DNA of 64,000 nt, from NCBI RefSeq assembly GCF_000143415.4, contig NW_003314267.1:1185309-1249308 (forward strand). Reading direction: 5' to 3'. A model generated the notes under the pieces. The model saw only the letters and a program-made list of their open reading frames with translations. It did not search any database and was not told the origin of the DNA. Position numbers and translations under genes: made by a program. The DNA is from Selaginella moellendorffii (lineage: Eukaryota; Plantae; Lycopodiophyta). Shown here in pieces: positions 25,204-36,959 of the stretch (the first letter of the stretch is position 1; each line of letters starts with the position of its first letter).

Positions 25204-25639
25204 AAACTTAGGAACTTATAGAAGTTTGAATGTTTATATGAAGTATTTGGTGTTCAAAAGAAACTTAAGAACTTATAAAGTTGTTCATGCAAAGTACTTA
25301 GTGCTCAAGACAATTTGTAATCGTTGGTGTGAATGAAGTCTTCCTTGTATGTTAGGAGAAGTTTCTTAGTGATGTTGATGTCATACAACTTTTCTATGAT
25401 CTTTGAGAATTAACCATATATCAAGCTCTTTAATCCTCTTCCAAGTAGGATTGTAAGGTGAGAGGACACTCATCCCAATTGTGCTGAGTGCCTTGGGATT
25501 AAAAATGAACTCTTTTGCACACTTGCATGTCCGACTTTCATATTTTCGTTTTTCTATCTTGGTATGCAATACTGTAGTTGGAAGCACTAGGGTCAAAAAT
25601 TTTACCCTTTCTCTAAATTTGACCAAGTGTTGAGTGGTT

Positions 25640-27610
25640 TGAATCTCTAGTTTGAATTTTCTCTTTCTTGATGTTGTTTTTTTGTTGGAGCGTTTTTTCT
25701 CTTGATCTTATGCATATTTATTATTGAATCTTAGTGGATTGTAATGATTGTCAGTTATAGTGATATCTTTTCTTGATTTCTTGAATTTGAACTTTGAAAA
25801 TACTTTTTGAGTTTTCAAGTTTGATTTTCAAGAATCTTCTTGAAATTGTCTCCTTATGTTTGATCATTGAAGTTGTTCTTTGAGTTGATTTTTTGAGTTT
25901 AGTTGTTGAGCTTGATTTCTTGAATTTGATTTCTTCAAATTTCTTTAATTTGATTTTGTCTTTTTGTTGAAGGCTTGAGTTTTATGTTATAAGTTCTTGA
26001 ATTGTTAAGTGTCATGTTTATGATTTTCTTCAATGTTGGATTCTTGATTTTCAAAGTTGTAATCTTCACTTCTTCTTAGAATTTTGTTGATAAAGTTAGT
26101 GTTGATTGATCAATATTTCTTAATATTATTGAGGTTAATGGTTTGGAGATATTTTTTGTTGAGTGTTACCATTTCTAAAGCTTTGGATTGTTGAATAAGG
26201 AATGGTCTTTCCCATCTTGATTGTATCTTTGAGCTAATTTTCTTTATGTTTCCTTGAAACTATACAACTTGATCTTTAACCTTGAATTTTTCACTTTTCT
26301 TGAGTTGTCTTTTTCTATCATGGTTTTTTTTTAGCTTGAATGGCTAAGTGTTCAAATTGCTTGTAGTTGTTTTTTGTCAAACTATTCTATCATTGTTGAT
26401 TAATTCTTCTTGGTTGATTGCGTAGTGTATTGCCATTCGCAATGAAAAAACGATGTACTTAAGAGGTGTCAAACTGTAGGCGAGCTTGAATAATGTTAAA
26501 TTTGTTAAAACCTTCTAAATAGTTTAATAAAGGCATTGTGGATATGATTGTCCCAATCTTTTCAATTCATCTTCATGATCCTATTGAGTATATTTTTGAG
26601 GGTCTTGTTTGTAGGCTTGACCATTTCCTTGAGGATAGTATGGTGTTAAAGCCTTATATTTGATTGTGAATTCTTGAGTCAAAATGTTGATAGTCTTGTT
26701 AATGAAGTGTGTTTCTCGATTTATAACAAGTTCTTGAGGTAAACTGTTCGTTGTGATGATATTTTCATAGATGAACTTTACTGTGTTTTTCTTTGTTACA
26801 ACCTTTATTAATTGAGCTTCAACCCACTTTATCATGTAATTAGTAGTTATGAAAATGTATTTGTTTCACTTGGAACTTGTTGTAAATGATTCTACAAAAT
26901 TATTGAAGTGGTTTGAGAGAAGTTGTTGGATGAAGTCCTTGATTTTGCATTTTTGGCACATGCTTGGTTCTTTAATAAATATCATATTCTTAACAAAATT
27001 TTGCTGAATTATTCTAGAGTGTTGGCCACTAAAGTTTAGCTTGTAAAATCTTTTGAGTTGTGATTTCTTTTGCAAAGTGTTTTTTTGCTTATTTATAATG
27101 AGCTTCTTCAAGTAAATCTTGACTTTCTTCATGCTATACATATCTTCATAATATATTATCTCATCTTTTCTTGTACGGTCTTCCTCCCATGATTGAATAT
27201 AGTTTTATCCTTAAAAAAAATTGCTTGTGCTGGTCAGAAGTAGTGTATTAATTTGGTATTTTCATTGTTATTAGGTAGTGGTAGATGTCATGTATCTAGG
27301 TTGATGAAGTATGGATTTGCAAGATGTTGAAGTCGGGGAAGTTATCCATTTTATACTTTGGTTGTTCACTTATCGTAATATGGCTAAGATGGTCAGCTTG
27401 TTTGTGTTATTTGCTAGGTTTATAGATAATCTTGAAATTATATTTTTGAAGGAGTAAGAACTATTGGGCAATTTTGTTGTTAAGGAAGGTTTTATTAAGA
27501 AAGTATAAAAGTGTTTTATGGTCGATCATGATTTTTACTTTGTTGCTGAAAAGGTAATGTCAAAACTTCTGAAGTGCGCAGACCATCCCAAGAGCTTCTT
27601 TTTCTGTGGT
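25640..27610 (-). mobile_element. Degenerate gypsy RNaseH-integrase remnant, copy 3 (inverted)
   Basis: KWVEAQLI..TPYYPQGNGQA integrase; continues through SRWERPF (GPY/F motif) near 26210. Confidence 0.85.
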
Positions 27611-27611
27611 G

Positions 27612-28030
27612 GACAAAACTCACTCACTGGTTAAGAGTTGTTCTTCCTTTCGTTTGTCTTTCAGGCCATAACCAAGTGAGCAAAGATTGGAGACGGGAAG
27701 AGATGCACTAGAAAAGGCTTTGCACGAATCCTTTCACAAGCAATGTAACTATGCTTTCTTCCATTTACATCTCACATAGGGTAGTAACTCATCTTGCCAT
27801 CCAAGTGTTACTTCTAGTCTTGCAACTTTTTTTGGTTCCCACCAAGCCTCGAAGAAAACAAAAAACTGTTTTTCTGAATCAGCAATGTTTAAATTCTACA
27901 AACACTCAGTATATGATCTTTCTTCCTAGCTTGCATTTACACCATCAATCGGTATAGAAAGTTGTGTATGACCAGAGAAAGCTCCAGAACCACCAGCAAC
28001 CTCTGTTTTGTAAGATATCTCCACTCACTT
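27612..28030 (-). repeat. Inverted fragment of the unit A tail
   Basis: ORF relic 27751-27957(+) equals 4191-4472(-) and 19221-19502(-). Confidence 0.9.
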
Positions 28031-28958
28031 CTAGGTCTAGTTTGGTTTTGGTTAGTTTCAAGCGTTAGATATATTATAGTAAAGAGCACTGGAACAAAAC
28101 AGAGAAAAGGAAAAAGAGTGCTCCCTGCACACACCAATCGTGCTAGATCCGTTCCACTTCCGCCACGCTCATGCCTCCTTGGAGTTCCCAGTGCTGAGGA
28201 CTTCCACGCACGGCTGCCCCTCATCTAGATATCGAGCTTGAGGAGGTGAAGATGCCACGAACACCGTATGTTCGAAGCTCGACGACACAACTCCTGGAGG
28301 ACGCCAAAAGATGTTTCCAAATCTCAAGGACTGCCTTGAACAGAGAGCCCAATCACTCCAGCCCTGACCAACGCATTTCCAGGTAAGGCCCCTTCAACGC
28401 TGGCAAGTCCCTCCGGAGTGACCGCGCTGAAGCTCTCCTCCGGCAGTGGCTACTTCACCAGCCCAGCTTTCGTAACCGAAACATTGATATCTCTCAGGAC
28501 ATGTTCCGGTCAGAAACGCGAGCTTATTGATGCCATACGAGTGCCGTGCCGGGAACTGGAGAGGCACAGCAAGACCGGCCCAAAGCTAGACTTGTCCAGA
28601 GAGAACGCACAAACAATGGCCTTCATCAAGCCCCCACACAAAGATTTTGCCATCGTTTATCATCCTCACTGTATCTATGTGATCAACATGAAGTTCTAGA
28701 AGAACTACGCAATGGATCCAGAGAGCCACTTCGTACGTGAAGTTCAACTCAGGCAGTCAAAAGCTCCAATTTTAAATGTTAATCGGACGACCAGGAATGG
28801 AGCCCTACCATCAACGGCCACTATTTGAAATAAAAAATGCTGCCTAAGGAGCTTCTCCATTTACGATCTAGACGAGAACAACGTTTTTTCGCCAAGCAGC
28901 ACTCTCTTCCAGATGAAACGCGTACGGCACGTAGCCCCCCGGTGTCGTACGAAGCCGG

Positions 28959-31073
28959 TCAGTGGTAGACGTGCTCGGCTAGCCGAGGCGTTGGGACGAG
29001 CTTGAGCGGCTTGTCCAAAATCACACTGTTATACGCCGGGCTCACGTCGATCTCTCGTCCCTCCGGGGTCGCCCACTCGAATCCGTGCACCAGAGTGGAC
29101 ACTCCATACATGATCATGCATGTCCCCAGAGCAGCCCCGGGGCAGCCTCTCCTTCCAGCTCCAAACGGCACCATCCGGTACTCTGGATCAAACAGCGACG
29201 AGGACGCCGCCGCCTCGACCTCTCGATCGCTTCTCGTGGTAGATTCCTCGTCGCCCAAGAACCTCTCTGGCCGGAACTCGAGCGGGTTGTCCCACACCGC
29301 GGGGTTTCTTCCCAGAGAGTACGTGTTGATGAGCGCACGGGTGTTCTTGGGGATGAAGTAGCCGGCCAGCTCCGTGTCCTGGACCGTAACGTGGGGTATG
29401 AGGAAGGCGCCGACGGGGTGTAGGCGGAGGACCTCCTTGACCACCGCACGGAGGTACGTGAGGTGCTTGAGGTCCGACTCGCGTACCGCGCGGTGCCGGC
29501 CCCCGACCACGCGCTCGATCTCGTCCCGGACCTTGGAGAGTACCGCTGGGTGGCGGACCAGCTCGGCCATTGTCCACTCGCTCGTGATGGAGGTGGTGTC
29601 GGTGCCTGCCGCTGCCATGTCCTGCAAAGCAAAGTCACGGGACGATCAGGCACAACTGGAGGGACTGGGAAAAGTGAAGGAGACAAAGGCAAAAAGGTGT
29701 GAGAACAAGGAAGACGCAAAGAACAAGCAAAAAGATGTGAGAACAAATACTAAAGGGAAGGAAGATACTCAAGCAAAGAACAAGAAACAACTGGAAACCC
29801 AACACGACAAAGGCAAAAAAATGTCCAAAAGGACGACAATAAAGCAAAGAAAGAAAGAAGAATGACTTACCACAAGAATCGCCTTGATCACCGTGTGGCT
29901 CAATCCTTTCTGCGCCAGCAGCACGTCGACGAACTTGTTGGTGGTGGAATCACCGTCTTTCTCCGCGCTCGTTCTTTTGCGGCGGTGTTCTTCGATCACG
30001 GCATCGTACAGTCTATCCGTTCTGTTCATTATGTCCTTGATCTTTTTCTCGTAGCCTTGCACGTCCAGCCACCTCAGGAAAGGCAAGTAGTCGGCCAGGT
30101 TGAACGCGTTGACGAGCGCGAAGGCATCGTAGATAAGAGATCGGTGTTCGCTTCCATCTCGAGGCCCGGTGACTCCAGGCCCGAAAAATCGTTTGCCCAG
30201 AAGCATCCGAGCGAGATTGTTGCTCGCGAGTGAACCAAACAGGTGGCGTAGCTCGACTATGTTGTTTTCGGTGATCGAATCCGTCCTGATACTCAAAACT
30301 TTAGATAGGAACTCCACAAGAAAACTTACAAAGTTTTACAAACCTGTTGATCGCCTTGGTTGTATCCGCGTGACTGGTGTCGCTGCTGACAAATTTTTTA
30401 TAAAAAAACAATTATGTTTTTCATCAGAGAAAAGAAAAGCTACGAACCTTTTTCTTATGCTCGTCGTCCACACCGCTCGAGCCATGAGAGCAATCTCTTC
30501 CTCTCGTCCCTGCTTGAACAATTCGAGCCTTCTGGGAGCCAGGAGCTCCAGGGTGCAAATCCGGCGCATGGCTCGCCAATGTGCTCCGTAAGGAGCGAAC
30601 GCGATGTCGTTGCCACCGTAGGTGAAGTGTTGCGACGCGATGCTGGCTGGCCGGGACGCAAAAACCGCATCCTGGTTCTTGAGAATGGCCTTGACGATAG
30701 CTGGATCATCGGTCACGACCGCTGGAACTCGTCCCAACTTGAGAAACACGAGCGGACCGTAGCGTTTGTTCATGGCCAGCATTCTCTCGTGAGGAATCGG
30801 ACTCGTCTGCAACAGGTTCCCGACGATGGGCCACGGCATTGGCCCTGGAGGCAGCGTCAGCCCAGCCAAATTCGAATTCTTATTCGAGCACGAATCATCC
30901 TTGCTGCTGCTGCTGCTCACGAATCTTAATCTGTTGTGCTTGAGCGCCGAGAAGTATGCCAGAAGCAGAAGGCCGAGCAGCACCAGGTATTGCAAATGTC
31001 CGAAGGCTGGAAGATATAGCACCACGTCTGTACGAAGGACAGGATCTTGGAAGAAGCCCATAGCCAAGTCCAT
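28959..31073 (-). CDS. Cytochrome P450, CYP71 clan, CYP703-like; exons 31073-30448, 30285-29871, 29621-28959
   Basis: PPGPMPWPIVGNL, FASRP, WRAMRRIC, NNLARMLLGKRFFG, I-helix AAGTDTT, ExxR (EVLRLHPVGAFLIPH), PERF, heme motif FGAGRRGCPG; in-phase GT-AG introns. Confidence 0.92.
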
Positions 31074-32003
31074 TCTCCTGACTTCCTTTCTCGTCCAAGT
31101 CCCCTGACGTACGTCCTCTCCGATTGAAACCTTTTCTTTTGGCTTGCAGTCCTTGAAAACGTCCTCCCTCACGTCACTGTTGCTGGTAGCAAAACTGGCA
31201 TCTGTCCAAAACCTCGAAGTTTTCCAGAATTGCCACCGATTCTGAAGAGCGACCACTCCACCAATTTATAAAATCCGCTGGATTTTTCCTGCTTTTCACT
31301 GCTGACTTTAGCGACGTAAAAGCAGCAACGACCAGGCCGAAGGCGAGTGAACGAGTAGCTCTAAAGAGATTGACCAGGCGAACAACCCGAGTGACGCCGA
31401 CTAAATGAGAGTTTTCAACCAGCTCACATCGTCAGTAGATAAGATGCGATGCAGGGTAGCTCGAACAAGCCGCAGCACCGCCATTTCAAGTCCGAGCGCC
31501 CGCCATCTCTTTTCCTCTTTTTCTCAGTCTTCCCAAGCCGCTGAATTGTTACTCCTTCCTACTTTCGAGAGTTGCAATGTCTTCCTCTGACAAACATACC
31601 AACTTGGCCTGTCATTGCACGCCTGCCCTGGCTACCGTCGGATGCTCATTTTAGCCCATGAATGACAATAACCAAATGGAATCACGCAGCCGATAGCCTT
31701 GTACCCCCTCTTCTTCTTAACTTTGCATGCCCTGGAGCCTCTCACGTAAAGCGGGTGCTGCGAGCCTCTTTTTAACTTATATAGCACCGCCGCTCAAAGA
31801 TGACTGGTGTACTGGCTGATTCAACGTTGTTCTCGGCACCACAGGCAACATTCTCGCTTGATCTCAAGACGCGTTTCCGGAAACTCTAATCCATCCTGCT
31901 GCTACGTCTGTGCTGAAAGAATGCCGCGACGCACAAATCCTGTGTTGCTTGTATAGAAAACGAGCCACTTGTTTTTGCTGCCGACCACCTCGGACCCTCT
32001 CTT

Positions 32004-34004
32004 TCACTTGAGTAGAATTGATGCCACTTGATTCTCTAACCCGGTACCATCCTGGACAGTTGGTTCTTTCTCCTCCACACAAACACCGCGAGGGTCCTCC
32101 TCGACTGTCAGTGTAAGGACAGACCTCTCGCTCCATCTCTGCTCTACCTTACGTCTGGAATTTTTGCCGATGGTGATTGCAAAAACCGCATCCCAACCCC
32201 CAGCTCCAGGGACTCCAGCAAAGAGTACTCCCGGAAGTTCCATTGTCTCGTCTAGCAACTCACTTTGTGGGCCTGGTTCAAGCTGTTTGAAAACAAAAAT
32301 GAAAGCTCTGTCTGAAAGAAAAGGATTGACATACCGGTACTTTAGCCTCTTCTCCCATCTGTCTTAAAAGAGACCTTACAATGCTGAAATCTTGACGGAG
32401 TTTCAGAAGAGCTGACACAACGTCCTTGTCCGAATCTTTGAGCCCATTCCACTGCATAAAAAGAAAAGGCAGTAAGTAGAAAGTTGTAGAAATAAGGTGG
32501 TTCACCTTGGCTTCTCCGCAACTGCTGCAAGCTTCAAGTACAAGTGTATAAGCTTCCGAATCCGTTTCGTGTAATTCTTTTAAACGCAAAAGGTCCGCCT
32601 CCACGTTTTCGTTTGCTTTTGCTAGGGTCCTCCAACAGGCCTCCGCATTCGGGTGCTTCTCGCGCCAAGCGTTGACAGCCCCTACCATTGACGGTGTGTG
32701 TGATCCACCACGTCCAGACTCGCCCAGTACCTGAAAAATTGAACAGCACTAGAATTTATCTCATTGTGCTCGAAGGACAAACCAGAAAAAGCATTGGAGG
32801 TAGAGCAAAGTTAGATCTTTGCGAATTCCAGTTTTTCATGTCCAGTACTGACTTCATTGCCTTCTCCAGCGACTTTGGTTTTCCATTGTCCTGGAAAGCG
32901 AAACAAGAGTTGAACTCAAACTCTATAACTCTTAAAATCAAAAAGCTTACGTCAACGGGATCCATTGCTGGACTTAGCACTCCCGGTGAGAAGCGCACGT
33001 ATTTCTGGCTTCCATAGACCGCTGCGCTGACATCAAAACCACTGCCAATTTTCCCTTGTGCATGGCAGTGTGCTGCTTGAGAAGCCGCGTGTACTACGTC
33101 GAGATACTCAACAGACCCGGAACCGAGCTGAATAACACCCAAGTACTCCAAAATCCCCGCAACAATGGCTGTAGTCATGGCCGCTGAAGAGCCAAGGCCA
33201 CTCTTAGCCACCTCAGGCGACGTTCCACCAGATGTTTCAATGTTGCGTGTGATAGCATGGAACTGTGGTAGCGATGCCAGGGATGCTGCCGTCAAAGGAA
33301 GCTTTCTTGCCTCTAGCTGCATTCGAGAAAGAGAACAGAAAATAAAAAACTAAACTAAACTTTCATCAGAAAAAGAAATACCTCATTTCTGAACGAGTAG
33401 AAATCGTTGCTGCCTTTGATTTCTATGTCTAGTCCTGGCATACAACTTACAATAGAGATTTTTTCTGAAAATCATGAAAATTCATACCTTGGAGAAGACG
33501 TTCGTAAACAGCATCACGATTATTCGCTGCAGCCAGTGCCGCAGCAACTCCATACTCGATCGCATTTTCCACAAAGTTCTTCCTGGAACAGCAAAAATCC
33601 GAGTACTACTCGAGAACAAATCAAAGAAAATAGAAACGTGTACTTCGTAGAAGGCATGTCTAGCTTGCAAGTCCGAAGTAGGAGCTTGTATGATCTCTCG
33701 GAATCCATCTGTGGAGAAGAAACCCTCACATCGATGAACGACTGCGAGCTCACAACGATCAGATCACCGTCCCAACAGCAAGATTTCGAGAAATCTTACC
33801 CAGAATTTGCTGGCGCCATCGCTGATCGAGTGCAGCGGCTTCACAGTGGCATAGAATCTAGCCGATGTGGAGAGAACAAGCCCCGGATTCGGCCGCTCCA
33901 GCACCAAATATCCGCCGGCGATCAAAACCTTGCCTGGAGCCGAGACTCTGGAATGGAAATGTGAATGAGATCGAGGCGAAGTCACAAGGCGCTTACATTG
34001 TCAT
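32004..34004 (-). CDS. PMK: Phosphomevalonate kinase (multi-exon; 8-nt first coding exon 34004-33997)
   Basis: MTI-VSAPGKVLIAGGYLVLER, KSGLGSSAAMTT, HCHAQGKIGSGFDVSAAVYGS, GVPGAGGWDAVF. Confidence 0.93.
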
Positions 34005-34102
34005 GACGCGAGAAAAGAAAGAAACCTCTGTTCTAGGGTTCTATAGATTCGTTGTCTACTTATCATAATAACAAAGTAATTAAGCAGCCACTTGTTATTA
34101 AG

Positions 34103-34174
34103 GCTTTCATAGCATAGTGGTAGTGCGCTCGCTTCGTAAGCGAGAGGTCGTGAGTTCGATCCTCACTGGAAGCA
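34103..34174 (+). tRNA. tRNA-Thr(CGT)
   Basis: Acceptor stem GCTTTCA/TGGAAGC, D arm with TAGTGGTAG, anticodon arm ctcgc-tt-CGT-aa-gcgag, T loop GTTCGATCC; 72 nt. Confidence 0.95.
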
Positions 34175-34221
34175 AAACTGTTCTAAATATTTCTAGGGCT
34201 CATATTTAGTGGACTTTCTCA

Positions 34222-36941
34222 ATGTTTCTTCAGTGGAAGAGACTGTGGAAGGCGCTAGTGCGGAAGCTCAGGCGAAAGCTAGGGATAGATCGCGCTCGAG
34301 TGGCGGCAGCTTCTCTTGTGGCGGCAATGGATCTGAAGCAGCCGGCATTGCCGATCTCTTTCCCGCTCACTTCTTTGGATCAGCTCAGGGATGATTCCGT
34401 GTTCCAGAGCTTCCATTTCCCATTCCAGCAATGCTCGGTGCCGCTGGCGCTGCAGGGAGGGAAGAAGGAGAGGAAATCCAAGCTGTTGGTGTGCCACGAC
34501 ATGAAAGGAGGCTACCAGGATGATAGATTCGTGCAAGGCGATGGCAATTACAATGCTTACTCGCTCTGGCACTGGCAATGCATTGATGTTTTCGTGTATT
34601 TCTCGCACTCCTTGATCACTATTCCTCCTCCCTGTTGGATCAACGCTGGTCACAGGCATGGAGTCCAGGTAAGAAACTTCACCATTCTTTGGCATCCATT
34701 TTTCTGACGAGATTATATCGCAGGTCTTGGGAACTTTCATCACGGAGTGGGATCAAGGGGCTCAAACTTGCAAGTTGCTTCTGGAATCCAAGGATTCGGC
34801 AAGAATGTATGCGTCTCGGCTAGCAAAAGTTGCTCGGGAGTTTGGATTTGATGGATGGCTGGTGAGCAAACAAACTTTTCTTCCCCTTTGTCTTATAGAA
34901 ACGTTTTTGGTTGTTTCAGCTAAACATTGAAAACACTGTTCCGGTGGAGCAAATCGACACTCTCGTGGTGTTTGTATCGGAGCTCACCAAAGTCATGCAC
35001 GACCTTGTTCCGGGCTCGCTGGTGATATGGTTAGATTGATAGTTTTCTTGCTTTCTTTGGTACTCACTTTCCATGAACAAGGTATGATGCAGTTACTGTG
35101 GATGGAGAACTACAATGGCAAGACATGCTAACAGAGAAGAACAAGCGCTTCTTTGATGCTTGCGATGGGATTTTCATTAACTACACATGGAAGGTGTATA
35201 TCATACTTCTAAGCAAATCGTGAAATATCTCATTCTTATGCCTTGTTCCAGAGGGACTACGCAGCGAAATCGGCGAAAGTGGCTGGCGATCGAGCCTCCG
35301 ACGTTTACATGGGAGTGGACGTTTTCGGGAGAAACACTTTCGGAGGAGGAGGATTTCAGGTAAGCAACAATGTTTGCATTGCGTTTCAAGAGACCAACTC
35401 TGGTAACTTTTGCTTGTCTAGAGCAACGTTGCCTTGAAAGTAGCGCTGGAGGCCGGTGTTTCGGCAGCATTGTTTGGTCCCGGGTGGGTCTACGAGAAAA
35501 ATATTGGGCCAACTTTCGAAGACGCACAAATCAGGTACCTACGAGTTTAACTCGGTCTTTTCCTCTCTTTTTGTTTCTCATTCGGAACCTTCTTGTGGAA
35601 GGTTTTGGGCTTCTATACACAATGCCTGGCCCGTATCACACAGATATCCTGTCACGCTGCCTTTCTTCTCGGATTTCAGCCAGGTAAGTAGTAAAAATCA
35701 TTGCGAGCAAAGTTTTCATGACGTTTGTTTTGCCAGGGTTTCGGGAAAGCCGTCTATGTAGATGGTGACCAGGTATCAGACTCTCCCTGGAGTAATATTT
35801 CATGCCAAGCTCTTCAAGTATGGTTTCCTCTTCTATTGTTTTTGCTTGTGACAATAACAATCTTGGTTTTGGTAGCCGCTTTTGCTTGGAGCGCTAGATC
35901 CAGAGTTTGAAGTTACTGTAAGGTAAAAGTTTCGCTGAGAAAACGAAGTTATCCCAAAGATTGTTCACATTCTTATTTTCAGATCAGTGGATCGAGTTTA
36001 CAGCGGTGGATCGAGCCTCCGTTTCCTCGGAAAGCTCAAAGCTTCCGACGTTCGCATCACTAAGCTGTATGATCCACACCTGGTTCTCGCAAATCCTACT
36101 CTCTCCATTGACTTCTCGGTAGCGTTCTCAAGCCTCGCAAGCTCATCTTAACAGTGTTGCGCTGCAGGTCATGTCCAAGGAAAACGCAATCTTTTACCTC
36201 GTTCTTAAGTTGCAAGGCCCTGGAGGAATTCGCGTAGTGTTTCTCTCGAACGAGCACAGCGGCACCTCAGAGAAGAAGACGAATCAAAGCTCCTCCAGTT
36301 TCAGTGCCTTTGAGCCACACCGGACAGTGACGAAGAGCTCCGGTACCTCGGATGACGCCTGGAATGTGAGTGAGTACCAGATCGAGGTGGAACAAAGCTC
36401 CGTGGTAACCAATATCTACGGCATGAGCACCACCAGGAACGCTCCTCTGGACTTCGAAGAGATCACAGGCACTCTGGCGGCCGAAAGCTCCTCCGATACA
36501 CAGACCTCTTTTCGGCTTACCTCGTCTTCACTGACGCGGAAGTTCTTGCCGGACGCTACTCAACCATACGAGCTTCACTTGGGCCACCTGAGGATCACAG
36601 CAGAACCGCCAGCGCCACCGACAGTTTCGAGCTTCCGAGCCGACGATCTCAAGTGGTCCACAAGCCCCGATGGCAATAAGCTCGTCAGCCTCACGCTCAA
36701 GTGGGAGTTTGGAGGTGGTTTCCAGGCCGATCGCTGCAACACATACGTCGAGATGGTGGGAAAAGAGACGACGAGCAAAGCCAAGTACCTTGGAGCTGCT
36801 TTCGTCGACGCCTTCTACGTGGATTCGCTTCTAGTTCCTCACGAGACTTCCAGCTTGGTTTTCCGCCTCCAGCCTCGCAACGCTGCTGGTTTTCACCAGG
36901 GCTGGAATGAAGCTCTCACGCTCACTGTCGAAGTCCTTTGA
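34222..36941 (+). CDS. ENGase: Cytosolic endo-beta-N-acetylglucosaminidase (GH85), about 11 exons
   Basis: LLVCHDMKGGYQDD, IDVFVYFSH, HRHGVQVLGTFITEW, FGFDGWL-NIE, WYDAVT, DGIFINYTW, GVDVFGR, FGPGWVYE across short introns. Confidence 0.93.
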
Positions 36942-36959
36942 AAAAAAAAATAAAGTACT

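Noticed and set aside
31300-31990. Possible small gene or miRNA between the P450 and PMK
   Set aside because: Only short interrupted frames; no convincing hairpin or conserved miRNA sequence recognised.
28959-36941. P450 + PMK as a terpenoid biosynthetic gene cluster
   Set aside because: No terpene synthase or other tailoring genes. CYP703-type enzymes act on fatty acids, and genome compaction explains the adjacency.
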